A DNA stretch of 64,000 bases from positions 148,487-212,486 of the forward strand of contig JBAZMW010000002.1 of NCBI GenBank assembly GCA_041649575.1. The letters are read 5' to 3'. Under the pieces are notes generated by a model that saw nothing but the letters and a program-made list of their open reading frames with translations, searched no databases and was not told the DNA's origin. Position numbers and translations under genes: made by a program. Below, piece by piece: positions 1 through 9,277 of this stretch (position 1 is the stretch's first letter; every line of letters starts with the position of its first letter). The stretch comes from Patescibacteria group bacterium (GTDB lineage Bacteria > Patescibacteriota > Patescibacteriia > 2-01-FULL-39-33).

Positions 1-876
1 GGCCTACTCTTTGTGGCCAGTTTGGTTAGTCTTTTCCTTTGGGGCCTAAGACCCGGTTTGGATTTTACCGGCGGCAGTCTCATGGAGCTGTCTTTTGCCA
101 CCAGTCGCCCCGGTTCTCAAGAAGTCTCCGCCGCGCTGGTGCCGTTGAATCTAGGGGATTTGATAGTTCAGCAGGCCGGGGAAAAAGAAATAATGTTGCG
201 TTTTAAGGCCGTTGACGAAGCGACGCATCAGGGTATTTTACAAACTATTAGCGATAAATTTGCCGCTGATTCTCCGGAACAAATCAAAGAATTGCAGTTT
301 GAATCCATTGGTCCGGTTATCGGTAAAGAGTTGCAGCAAAAAGCCTGGTGGCAGATATTTTTGGTTTCTTTGGGCATTATTATTTACATCGCTTTTGCTT
401 TTCGAAAGGTTTCCAAACCGCTGGCCTCCTGGAAATATGGCGTCTCGGCCATTATCGCCTTGCTTCACGACATTGTTATTGTTGCCGGCTTTTTCTCGGT
501 CTTGGGGCATTTCTTTAATGTAGAAATCGACGCCTTGTTTATTACGGCTCTTTTAACCATCATGGGTTTTTCCGTTCATGACACCATTGTGGTTTTTGAC
601 CGTACCAGAGAAAATATCACCCGTCATCATGGCGGCACTTTTGCCGAAGTGGTTAATGATAGCGTCAACCAGACCATTGTTCGCTCCGTCAACACTTCTC
701 TAACGGTGCTATTGGTGTTGTTGTCGCTTTATATTTTGGGAGGCGCGACTATCAAAAACTTTGTTTTGGCTCTGCTTTTTGGCATTGCCATTGGCACTTA
801 TTCCTCTATCTTTGTCGCCAGTCCGGTAATTGTTGACTGGAATAATTTTGGCAAGAAAACAAAATCAGCCAGATAA
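1..876 (+). CDS. secF: Protein translocase subunit SecF, 5' end cut by the window edge (could be the SecF half of a SecDF fusion)
   Basis: Frame is open from nt 1. GLDFTGG motif near the start, multi-TM C-terminal half with FDRTRENI. Stop at 874-876, followed by an AT-rich hairpin and T-run. Confidence 0.85.
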   Translation, partial: GLLFVASLVSLFLWGLRPGLDFTGGSLMELSFATSRPGSQEVSAALVPLNLGDLIVQQAGEKEIMLRFKAVDEATHQGILQTISDKFAADSPEQIKELQFESIGPVIGKELQQKAWWQIFLVSLGIIIYIAFAFRKVSKPLASWKYGVSAIIALLHDIVIVAGFFSVLGHFFNVEIDALFITALLTIMGFSVHDTIVVFDRTRENITRHHGGTFAEVVNDSVNQTIVRSVNTSLTVLLVLLSLYILGGATIKNFVLALLFGIAIGTYSSIFVASPVIVDWNNFGKKTKSAR

Positions 877-929
877 TTATTAATCATTTTAGTCAAGCAA
901 GCTCTAAAAAAATAGAGTTTGTTTTTTTA

Positions 930-958
930 TTGACAAAAATATTTATTTTTGATATAAT
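930..958 (+). promoter_or_regulatory. Sigma70-type promoter: TTGACA, 17-nt spacer, TATAAT
   Basis: TTGACA at 930-935 and TATAAT at 953-958, upstream of the CDS starting at 1024. Confidence 0.6.
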
Positions 959-1023
959 AAAGTAAATAATAAAAAGTTTATTATTTTTTAGCTAGATTTA
1001 GCTGAAATATTTATATTTTTAAT

Positions 1024-2181
1024 ATGTCTATTTTAGATCAAGTTAGAAAAAATCAATTTCAGGACAATTTAGCCGGTTTTAATCCCGTGTCCACTCTTAA
1101 TACTTTATTTTCCAGTCTAAGCGACAAAGAAAGAGATGTTGTTAGGCGGCGTTTTGGCTTGGGTACGGATCGCAAATATACCTTGGAAGAAATCGGCAAA
1201 CAATACGGCATTACTCGGGAAAGAGTGCGCCAGATAGAGAGTTTAAGCATCAAAAAATTAAAAGAACTTCAAGAATTGAAAGAAGAAATCGAAAAAGCCG
1301 AAAAAGTTGTGGTTCAGCTGTTGGAGCAGTATGGCGGCGTTATGGAACAAGATTTCTTTTTGGAAAAAGTCCTTAATTATTTAGAGGCCCAAGAAAATAT
1401 CGAGAATGTCTTGTTGTTTTTGGCCGAACACATTTTTTCCGACAATGTCTCCAAGGTCCGCCAGGACAAGGAATTCAATAATTTATGGAGAACCGATAGC
1501 GCCGATGTCACCTCGCTGAAGGATATTGTTAATGAGATGGTCCGAGTGATCAGTCAAAACAATCAGCCCGTTCAGCTGCAGAACTTGCTTAACAGTTTCA
1601 AAGACTCCGAATTCTATCAAAAAAACAAAGATAAAATTCTTTCTCGGGCGGTTTTTTTGGAAGCCACCGAAGAGGACGTGGATAAAATTTTAGAGAGTTA
1701 TCTGCGCGCTAGCCGCAAAATCAAATCCAATTTGTTTGACGAGTGGGGCTTGGTCTCTTGGGGCACTGTTCAACCCAAGAAGATCAATGATAAAATATAT
1801 ATGGCCCTAAAGAAAGCCGGCAAGCCTTTGCATTTCACCGAGATTGCCAATTTAATCAACGAAACCAAGTTCGACGATAAAATCGCTTATCCGCCCACCG
1901 TTCATAATGAATTGATTTTGGATGACAAATATGTTTTGGTCGGCCGCGGTATTTACGCTCTGAAAGAATGGGGCTATAATCCCGGCAATGTGGCCGATGT
2001 TTTAGAGGAAGTGTTAAAGGAAAATGGTCCTTTAACCCGCGACGAAGTTATCGAAAAAGTTTTGGCCAAGCGCCAAGTCAAGAAATCAACCGTCTATTTG
2101 TCGCTGATGAACAACAGCCAGATCAAGAAAAACGAGCAGGGCAAATACTATTTACTGGACGATACTGCCAAAAGTTTATAA
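1024..2181 (+). CDS. Sigma-70 region-4-like HTH protein with a C-terminal HARE-HTH-like domain
   Basis: N-terminus ERDVVRRRFGL..YTLEEIGKQYGITRERVRQIE matches the sigma region 4 pattern. The C-terminus (KPLHFTEIANLI...VLVGRGIYALKEWGY) resembles the HARE-HTH of RNAP delta-type proteins. Confidence 0.7.
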   Translation: MSILDQVRKNQFQDNLAGFNPVSTLNTLFSSLSDKERDVVRRRFGLGTDRKYTLEEIGKQYGITRERVRQIESLSIKKLKELQELKEEIEKAEKVVVQLLEQYGGVMEQDFFLEKVLNYLEAQENIENVLLFLAEHIFSDNVSKVRQDKEFNNLWRTDSADVTSLKDIVNEMVRVISQNNQPVQLQNLLNSFKDSEFYQKNKDKILSRAVFLEATEEDVDKILESYLRASRKIKSNLFDEWGLVSWGTVQPKKINDKIYMALKKAGKPLHFTEIANLINETKFDDKIAYPPTVHNELILDDKYVLVGRGIYALKEWGYNPGNVADVLEEVLKENGPLTRDEVIEKVLAKRQVKKSTVYLSLMNNSQIKKNEQGKYYLLDDTAKSL

Positions 2182-2256
2182 ACTTTAATTGTCAGCTAAA
2201 GTTAGCGTTTCAGACGCTAATCTAAGATAGTCTAAAACTCAGGAAGGTGACAAGGT

Positions 2257-3804
2257 ATGGGAATTGAACTTAATTTTGATTTGGCTTCAGTTTGGGAAAG
2301 TTTCGTAATTTTTGCTTCCCAGGATCCAATTACCATTGGCATTCAACTGTTTCTTAAAGGTGGTTGGGTGATTTTTTTAATTGTAATACTGACTGTTTTT
2401 TACGATGCGTGGCTAGATGCCCGCCAAGGCCAGTATGCCGGCAAGTGGCAGCATGTTCTCTTGGCTATCGATATTCCCAAAAACAATGAACAAACACCTA
2501 AGGCGGTAGAAAATCTTTTTGTCGCTTTGGCCGGTACGCAATCCAGCGGCAATTTGATTGATCGTTATTGGCATGGCAAAATACAAGAAAGTTTTTCCTT
2601 CGAAATCGTCAGTCTCGAAGGCTATATCCAATTTTTGGTGCGCACTCCCGTTCATTTCAGGGATCTGGTGGAGGCCGCTGTTTATGCCCAGTATCCGGAA
2701 GCGGAAATCACCGAAGTCGAGGATTACGCCAAGGATTATGCCGGATTGCGTTTTCCCAATGAGCAATATAATTTGTGGGGCACCGAATTGGTTCTGACCA
2801 AGGATTACCCCTATCCCATCAAAACTTATATTGATTTTGAACACACTTTGACCGGCAATTTTTTGGATCCCATGGCGGGGTTATTGGAGATTTTGAGCCG
2901 CTTCGGTCCCGGCGAGCAGCTCTGGCTGCAGCTGGTGGTGACGCCGTGGAAGCCGGACTGGGGCGAAAAAGCCAAAAAAGCCATCAAGACTCTTAAAGGA
3001 GAAAATTATGCTCCGCCGACCACCATAGCCGACAGGATAGCCAAACCAATCGAGTGGTTGGGCACTCAGGCCTTAAATGTCGCTAATGAATTTGCCGGCG
3101 GCGGGGGAGAGGGAGCCAGCAAAAAAGAGGAAGATCAGTGGAAAATGTTCAAACTTACTCCTGGAGAAAGACTGGTTTTTGAAAAAATTCAGCATAAATT
3201 GTCCAAAATTCCTTTCCGGGTGAAATTTCGCATGATTTATTTGGCCAAAAAAGATGTTTTTGCCAAAGGCCGGGGCGTAGCGGCTGTGATTGGCAATATT
3301 CAGCAGTTTAATGTCTCCGACGCCAATGGCTTCAAACCCGGCCCGAAAACCAAGACGGCGGTCGATTATTTTCGCGTTAAGAAAAGATTGGCGGAAAGGC
3401 AAAAAAGGATTTTGCGTCGTTTTATTGGCCGCAGTAATTTTTATGGCGAACCGGTCAGTAATATGTTTTTGAGTACCGAGGAATTAGCCACCCTTTGGCA
3501 TTTCCCGGTGATGACCGTTAAGGCGCCCAGGCTGGAAATGATTGGCTCCAGGCGAGCCGTTCCGCCCACTCGTTTGCCCTACAAAAGTCGTGGTTTTACC
3601 GTTGAAAAAGAGAGAGTTAGAACTTTGGCGGAAAGAGACGGCAGGATTGAAGAAAAAATTGAAGGTTCACTGGAATCTCATCCCCGGTCGCCAAAGTTAC
3701 CAGCGGTAGCGCCGCTGGTTCGGCCGGCCAATTTAACGGACAAATCGACCGAACCGCCGCCGCGAAGAAATCCCGAACCGCCGGCCAACTTACCCACTGT
3801 TTAA
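2257..3804 (+). CDS. Membrane-anchored hypothetical protein, partner of the downstream ATPase; Pro/Arg-rich tail
   Basis: AGGAAGGTGA SD upstream and one N-terminal TM helix (GWVIFLIVILTVF). I recognise no motif. Stop is 12 nt before the next gene. Confidence 0.7.
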   Translation: MGIELNFDLASVWESFVIFASQDPITIGIQLFLKGGWVIFLIVILTVFYDAWLDARQGQYAGKWQHVLLAIDIPKNNEQTPKAVENLFVALAGTQSSGNLIDRYWHGKIQESFSFEIVSLEGYIQFLVRTPVHFRDLVEAAVYAQYPEAEITEVEDYAKDYAGLRFPNEQYNLWGTELVLTKDYPYPIKTYIDFEHTLTGNFLDPMAGLLEILSRFGPGEQLWLQLVVTPWKPDWGEKAKKAIKTLKGENYAPPTTIADRIAKPIEWLGTQALNVANEFAGGGGEGASKKEEDQWKMFKLTPGERLVFEKIQHKLSKIPFRVKFRMIYLAKKDVFAKGRGVAAVIGNIQQFNVSDANGFKPGPKTKTAVDYFRVKKRLAERQKRILRRFIGRSNFYGEPVSNMFLSTEELATLWHFPVMTVKAPRLEMIGSRRAVPPTRLPYKSRGFTVEKERVRTLAERDGRIEEKIEGSLESHPRSPKLPAVAPLVRPANLTDKSTEPPPRRNPEPPANLPTV

Positions 3805-3816
3805 ATTTTCTAAAAA

Positions 3817-5418
3817 ATGACAGAAGAAAGCGTCGAACAAAAAAAAGAAATAACCATTTTTGCCGAAACCAATTTCCGCAACCAGCGGCGCAGTTTTGGT
3901 ATTAAGCGCGATGATCGCCGGCGCCATATGTATATTATCGGTAAGACCGGCATGGGCAAAACCACGCTTTTGGAAAACATGATTATTTCCGATATCATCA
4001 ACGGCGAAGGTTGTTGCTATATTGATCCTCATGGCGATACCGCCGAAAAAATTCTAAATTATATTCCTTCCCACCGGGTTAACGACGTGGTCTATTTCAA
4101 CCCGTCCGATACGGATTTTCCCATCGCTTTCAATATTCTGGAGGCGGTTGACGAAAAAAGCAAGCACTTGATCGCTTCCGGCTTGGTCGGAGTTTTCAAG
4201 AAGCAATTCGCCGACAGCTGGGGCCCGCGTTTGGAATATATTTTAAGAAATGCTATTTTAGCTCTTTTGGATTATCCCGGTAGTACGCTTTTGGGTATCA
4301 TGAGGATTTTGGTTGACGCCGATTATCGCGACAAGGTGATTGAGAAAGTCACTGATCCGGTGGTCAGGTCTTTTTGGACCAATGAATACACCAAATGGAA
4401 CGACCGGGTTTTGCAAGAGGTCATTTCGCCGATTCAAAACAAAGTGGGCCAATTTTTATCTAATTTTTTAATTCGCAACATCGTCGGTCAGGTCAAATCG
4501 ACCATTGATATGCGCGAGATCATCGACAACAAAAAAATAATGATAATGAACTTGTCCAAGGGCCGTATCGGCGAAGACACCATGCAGCTTTTGGGATCGA
4601 TGATTGTCACTAAATTGTATTTAGCGGCCATGAGCCGCGTTGATGTTCCCGAGCAGCAGCGCCAAGATTTTTATCTTTACGTTGATGAGTTCCAAAATTT
4701 TGCTACCGACAGTTTTGCCGATATTTTGTCAGAAGCCAGAAAATATCGCCTGAACCTGGTTATTGCCCACCAGTACATCGAGCAACTGCCGGAGCTGGTG
4801 ACTGCCGCGGTTTTTGGCAACGTGGGCACGCTGATCAGTTTCCGGGTGGGCGCTTCCGATGCCGAGAGCTTGGTGCGGGAATTCACTCCTACCTTTACTG
4901 AAGAAGACCTGGTTAACCTGCCTTCTTTTAATGTCTATCTGAAATTAATGATTGACGGCATTTCTTCCGATCCGTTCTCCGCCACCACTTTACCACCACT
5001 TTTCGACGAAATGATCACCGACAGCAGTGAAAAGGTCATTAAAGTTTCTCGCGAACGTTATGCCCATGGTCGTAAGGTAATAGAAGACAAAATTAACCGC
5101 TGGAGTGGCATTGATCTAAGTGAAAAGTTGGCCGAAGCCACCGTGGGCAAGGGAGTGCCGGTTGTCATTTCCGCTTCCGGCGACGGCGCGAAGAAGAAGA
5201 AAAAAAAGAAGAAAAAGAGCCAGGCCACCGCTGGCAATAATTTTTCCGTGGCCTGCGCTTCCTGCGGCACGCCGGTCAAGCTGAACTTTCAGCCCGATGG
5301 CAAGCGCCCGATTTTTTGCGAGAATTGCCTTAATCAAATGGCCAAAGAAGAAGTCAAGTCCGACGAGGACGATGGCTACCAGAGTTTGGAAGATTTAAAA
5401 AAGATTCTGGGCCGATAA
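3817..5418 (+). CDS. TraD/TraG/VirD4-like (type IV coupling-protein-like) P-loop ATPase with a C-terminal zinc ribbon
   Basis: Walker A GKTGMGKT and Walker B-like YLYVDEFQNF. Lys9 run encoded at about 5190-5217. C-terminal CASCG..x17..FCENC zinc ribbon. Confidence 0.75.
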   Translation: MTEESVEQKKEITIFAETNFRNQRRSFGIKRDDRRRHMYIIGKTGMGKTTLLENMIISDIINGEGCCYIDPHGDTAEKILNYIPSHRVNDVVYFNPSDTDFPIAFNILEAVDEKSKHLIASGLVGVFKKQFADSWGPRLEYILRNAILALLDYPGSTLLGIMRILVDADYRDKVIEKVTDPVVRSFWTNEYTKWNDRVLQEVISPIQNKVGQFLSNFLIRNIVGQVKSTIDMREIIDNKKIMIMNLSKGRIGEDTMQLLGSMIVTKLYLAAMSRVDVPEQQRQDFYLYVDEFQNFATDSFADILSEARKYRLNLVIAHQYIEQLPELVTAAVFGNVGTLISFRVGASDAESLVREFTPTFTEEDLVNLPSFNVYLKLMIDGISSDPFSATTLPPLFDEMITDSSEKVIKVSRERYAHGRKVIEDKINRWSGIDLSEKLAEATVGKGVPVVISASGDGAKKKKKKKKKSQATAGNNFSVACASCGTPVKLNFQPDGKRPIFCENCLNQMAKEEVKSDEDDGYQSLEDLKKILGR

Positions 5419-5434
5419 AGCTATAAGCTAAGAG

Positions 5435-5460
5435 AGCGGCGCAGGAGCCGCTTTTATTTA
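5435..5460 (+). terminator. Intrinsic terminator
   Basis: AGCGGC / GCCGCT stem followed by TTTTATTT. Confidence 0.6.
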
Positions 5461-5486
5461 TCTTTAAAATGTGTTAAATTTTTCAT

Positions 5487-6035
5487 ATGTGGTCTGTTGT
5501 TTGGCAAGCTTTTTATTTGGCCTGGCCGGCTTATTTGGCCAATATGGCGCCGGTTATTTTCAAAAATTTTGGTTGGTTAAAATTTTTGGATCGGCCGATA
5601 GATGGCGGCAAAAAATTCGGCGGTGATTATCTTTTTGGACGGCACAAGACTTGGCGCGGGCTCCTGGCCGCTATCGTCGGCGGAGCTTTGGCCAGCTTTT
5701 TTCAGCTGATTCTTTATCGTTATCAGTTTTTCAGTTCTTTTTCTCTTTTTGACTACAACCAGCAGTGGCTGCTGGTCGGTTTACTTGGTGGTCTGGGCGC
5801 TATCCTGGGTGATTTGGCAAAAAGTTTTTTCAAACGTCGCCTGAAGATCGCCTCGGGCCGGTCTTGGCCGGTTTTTGACCAGTTGGATTTTATTTTTGGT
5901 TTTTTTGTTTTTGTTTATCTAACAGTCAGGCCGCCACTATTAGTGGTTGTCGTTGTTTTTCTAATCACCCTTATTCTTCATCCTTTGACTAATGTTTTTG
6001 CTTATCTTTTGAGATTTAAAAAAGTTTGGTGGTAA
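5487..6035 (+). CDS. carS: CDP-archaeol synthase (CarS, DUF46)-family membrane cytidylyltransferase homolog
   Basis: Motifs PIDGGKKF..G.HKTWRG, GDLAKSFFKRR, DQLDF and a C-terminal N..AY..R.KKVWW match the archaeal CarS pattern as I remember it. Confidence 0.7.
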   Translation: MWSVVWQAFYLAWPAYLANMAPVIFKNFGWLKFLDRPIDGGKKFGGDYLFGRHKTWRGLLAAIVGGALASFFQLILYRYQFFSSFSLFDYNQQWLLVGLLGGLGAILGDLAKSFFKRRLKIASGRSWPVFDQLDFIFGFFVFVYLTVRPPLLVVVVVFLITLILHPLTNVFAYLLRFKKVWW

Positions 6036-6040
6036 TCAAG

Positions 6041-6934
6041 ATGAAAAAAGCGTTAATTATTTTTAACCCCACCGCCGGCCTGGTTAGCAGACAGGATGTC
6101 CGCGGGCTGGTGGAAAAAAAATTGAAAGAGCTGGGCTTCGACTGGGAATTGTTTTTGCTTAACTCGGAGTTTGAAAAAAATATCTCCAGCTTTGATTTTT
6201 CCGGGCTCAAGTTGGTGGTGGCGGTGGGCGGTGACGGCACGATCAAGGTGGCGGCCCGCACCATTTTAAAAAACAAACTGACTTGCCCGTTGGCGGTCGT
6301 GCCTTTTGGTTCGGCCAATGTGATAGCTTCCACCCTGGCCATCCCCATTAGTATTAAAGAAGCTTTAAAGCTTTTAGACAAACCTAGTACCAAAAAAATC
6401 GACGTCGGCCTGATTAATGGCAACCGTTATTTTTTGGTCGGTTTTTCCTTGGGCTATATCTCCGACATCGTTATTAATACCGGCAAAGGACTGAAAAATC
6501 GTTTTGGTATGCTGGGCTATTTTTGGCGATTATTTTTTAATAAAATCAGAATCTCCCGGCTTAAATTCAAAATCCAAACCCGCAACAGGACTTTCTGGCT
6601 CAAGGGCAATAGCCTGATAATTTTTAACGCTTTCAATTATTTTGGTTTCCGGCCCAAAAGGCCTATCAGCATCAGCGACGGCATTTTTAATCTCTACGTC
6701 ATTACTAATAAGACTTTTTTTTCTTTGATCCGGGCTGGATTTTATATCCTGCTCTACCACCAGCCGCCGCGTTATGTTTTTACTTTGGATAATAATTTCT
6801 TTAGAATAACTCTGCGCCGTCAACACTTTCTCAAAACCGCTCAAATCGACGGCGATCATCTCAATTTGCCGCGGGAAATAATCATCGAGGTATTGCCCCG
6901 GGCGCTAGAAATGGTGGTAAAAAATAATGGCTAA
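6041..6934 (+). CDS. Diacylglycerol/lipid kinase family protein (DAGK catalytic domain, YegS-like)
   Basis: ALIIFNPTAG and VVAVGGDGTI motifs. ATG at 6041 lies 5 nt after the carS-like stop; the track's TTG at 6026 overlaps that gene. Confidence 0.8.
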   Translation: MKKALIIFNPTAGLVSRQDVRGLVEKKLKELGFDWELFLLNSEFEKNISSFDFSGLKLVVAVGGDGTIKVAARTILKNKLTCPLAVVPFGSANVIASTLAIPISIKEALKLLDKPSTKKIDVGLINGNRYFLVGFSLGYISDIVINTGKGLKNRFGMLGYFWRLFFNKIRISRLKFKIQTRNRTFWLKGNSLIIFNAFNYFGFRPKRPISISDGIFNLYVITNKTFFSLIRAGFYILLYHQPPRYVFTLDNNFFRITLRRQHFLKTAQIDGDHLNLPREIIIEVLPRALEMVVKNNG

Positions 6935-8045
6935 AGAAAAAGTGGTAGTAGCGATGAGTGGTGGCGTTGATTCCTCCGTCGCTGCGGCCTTACTCAAAAA
7001 ACAAGACTATGAAGTGGTTGGAGTTTTTATGCAGTTTTGGTTTCCCTTGTCTCGCCAGGGACAAGCGGAGGCGGGCTCGTTTACTAAAAATAAAACCATT
7101 CAGTCAAGTATAAATACCAAGGTTTACGAAGAAAACCGCTGTTGTAGTTTGAGGTCTTGGAACGAAGCGCAACAAGTGGCGCGAATTCTGGATTTTCCTG
7201 TTCGCAAGGTAAATTTCGGACGGCAATTCAAAAAACTGATTGTTGATGAATTTTTGCGTGAGTACAGACTGGGTCGCACTCCCAACCCTTGTGTCGCTTG
7301 CAATAAATTTATCAAATTTGATTTGTTGTTGAAATATGCGAGAACTGTTTTTGGTGCGGATTATTTGGCTACCGGGCACTATGCTAGCTTGGTGTCATTC
7401 AAATTAGGACGGCCCAAAGACAGACAAAAAGACCAGACTTATTTTTTGTATAATTTAAAACAAGCACAATTAAAGCACCTGCTTTTTCCGCTTGGTAATT
7501 ATACTAAAAATGAGGTCAGAAAATTGGCTAAGAAGTTTAAGCTGCCGGTTTTTGATAAGCCGGACAGCCAGGAAATCTGTTTTGTGGGGCAGTCACATTA
7601 TGATTTTTTGAAGAAATATTTGCGCTTACAGCCGGGTAAAATCATTAGCAACCAAGGAAAAATATTGAGAACGCATCAGGGTCTGCCCTTGTATACCCTG
7701 GGCCAAAGGAGCGGCTTGGGGCTTTCGGGCGGACCGTGGTATGTGGCTGAAATGGATTATAAAAAAAATCGGCTGGTTGTCACCAAAAAAGAAAAGCAGT
7801 CAGCAATCTTTCGAAAAGAATTAGTCGCCCAAAAAGTTAATTGGCTTTTTGGCGAACCAAAATTTCCTCTCATATGCCAGGCGCAAATTCGTTATCATGC
7901 CCGGTCGGCCAGTTGTCTGGTGAAAAAGCAGGACCAAAAGATTGTTGTTGAATTCAGGCAAAAGCAGCGGGCGATAATGCCCGGCCAATCTGTGGTTTTT
8001 TATCAAGGTGATGAGCTGTTGGGCGGGGGAGTGATAGTGGGTTAG
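6927..8045 (+). CDS. mnmA: tRNA 2-thiouridine(34) synthase MnmA
   Basis: PP-loop VVVAMSGGVDSSVAA and PNPCVACNKFIKF. The loop between FW and CCS is unusually long. Confidence 0.9.
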   Translation: MAKEKVVVAMSGGVDSSVAAALLKKQDYEVVGVFMQFWFPLSRQGQAEAGSFTKNKTIQSSINTKVYEENRCCSLRSWNEAQQVARILDFPVRKVNFGRQFKKLIVDEFLREYRLGRTPNPCVACNKFIKFDLLLKYARTVFGADYLATGHYASLVSFKLGRPKDRQKDQTYFLYNLKQAQLKHLLFPLGNYTKNEVRKLAKKFKLPVFDKPDSQEICFVGQSHYDFLKKYLRLQPGKIISNQGKILRTHQGLPLYTLGQRSGLGLSGGPWYVAEMDYKKNRLVVTKKEKQSAIFRKELVAQKVNWLFGEPKFPLICQAQIRYHARSASCLVKKQDQKIVVEFRQKQRAIMPGQSVVFYQGDELLGGGVIVG

Positions 8046-8153
8046 TACAGAAGGAGTCAGGTTAATAATAAAAAAAGAAGACAAAGATCGGGCAGAAGAG
8101 GTTTTAGAAATTGGTAATAAGTAAATTATTAATAATAAACAAAGATTTAACGT

Positions 8154-8182
8154 TTGACATAATTTTGAAAGCATAATAAGAT
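8154..8182 (+). promoter_or_regulatory. Promoter: TTGACA, 17-nt spacer, TAAGAT(AAT)
   Basis: TTGACA at 8154-8159 and TAAGAT at 8177-8182. Same -10 string as the promoter at 9196. Confidence 0.55.
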
Positions 8183-8284
8183 AATATATCTTTCTCCAGA
8201 GAGAATGATTCATAGTCCACTTGTGGTGGAAGATGATTGCACAAAAGACAAGGGAACAGGAACCCAAGAAGGAGGCTGTACGTC

Positions 8285-9106
8285 ATGATTAAAAGAACCG
8301 TCGTGGGGCGACTTTTCCGTGATTCTGGCGCATTCGGCCAGTTGACGCCGCCGCCCGGTCTGGAGGGAACCATTGGTGATCCCGATTGGGATTTCTTCTC
8401 GAAGCTGCCGCCGCGTTTTGATTTTCTGGAACTCTGCGATCGGGTCGGCCACGCTTTTGAGATGTCCGAGTCACCCATCTCGCCCTCCGACTGGGAGGAC
8501 CAGTTCGAAAGTCAGAAGGAGCGGCTGCTCGCTCTGTCCGGCTGCTCTGATGGCCATGGCATCGTGCTTTTGCCCGGCCTATTGCCAGTGGCTCCCGGTG
8601 ATTGTATCAGGAAGAGCCTTTTCAATGTCTACATCCCGGCGGTAGAACGCGGCTACGGGGCGATCTATCCCAAGAGGGCTTTTGAGGATTGGTGTGATGG
8701 TCGGGCGGACAGTGTCGCGGCTTTTCCCGGAGTGGGCCACGAGCATCTAATCCACCTCGCCAGTAAAGGCTTGGTCGCCGTCTTCGTCTACATCGCCCAT
8801 TGTATGCGGGCGTGGCCCGTCTCGACCCAGCGCCGACTGCCACGGAAGTTGTTCAAATCGAATTTCTCCTTGGCCGGCGGCTGTGACACGCTTTCCGTCC
8901 TGTCTCTGCACCCTGATATTCTCGCCGCTGGTTTCTGTAGCCCGACGATCGAGCTCAGTGCCTTGCAGACAGATTCGCCGCGCCTCTCGATCTGCGTGGT
9001 GCCAGAAGACAAACGCCTCAGACTCGACATCTGGGGTAATCCCGACGATTTCGCGCCTGAAGCTTCAGGAGGGCTTTCGTTCTGGAAGGAGCAACCTGTC
9101 TTCTAG
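8285..9106 (+). CDS. GC-rich orphan protein, 273 aa, no recognised domain
   Basis: ATG at 8285 has AAGGAGG 9 nt upstream. The long open frame is in GC-rich DNA where other frames are also open, so the frame choice rests on the SD and on length. Confidence 0.6.
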   Translation: MIKRTVVGRLFRDSGAFGQLTPPPGLEGTIGDPDWDFFSKLPPRFDFLELCDRVGHAFEMSESPISPSDWEDQFESQKERLLALSGCSDGHGIVLLPGLLPVAPGDCIRKSLFNVYIPAVERGYGAIYPKRAFEDWCDGRADSVAAFPGVGHEHLIHLASKGLVAVFVYIAHCMRAWPVSTQRRLPRKLFKSNFSLAGGCDTLSVLSLHPDILAAGFCSPTIELSALQTDSPRLSICVVPEDKRLRLDIWGNPDDFAPEASGGLSFWKEQPVF

Positions 9107-9195
9107 CTGGCGCGCCTTAGCCGGCTGCCGGAGTTCTCTAATTGGGGCTAGTGATCATACCAATCACCGGCCTCTGTTTTTTGTTTTAAGCGTAG

Positions 9196-9224
9196 TTGAC
9201 ATTGATAATGAAAACCCTTAAGAT
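9196..9224 (+). promoter_or_regulatory. Promoter: TTGACA, 17-nt spacer, TAAGAT(AAT)
   Basis: TTGACA at 9196-9201 and TAAGAT at 9219-9224. Confidence 0.55.
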
Positions 9225-9277
9225 AATCTTTCGATCTTTCAAGTTAAACTAGTAAGGCAACCATGGAGGGAGCTGCC

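Noticed and set aside
5190-5217. Poly-A-rich Lys9 tract as a programmed frameshift or slippage site
   Set aside because: The zero frame continues into a well-formed zinc ribbon, and no alternative-frame product is apparent.
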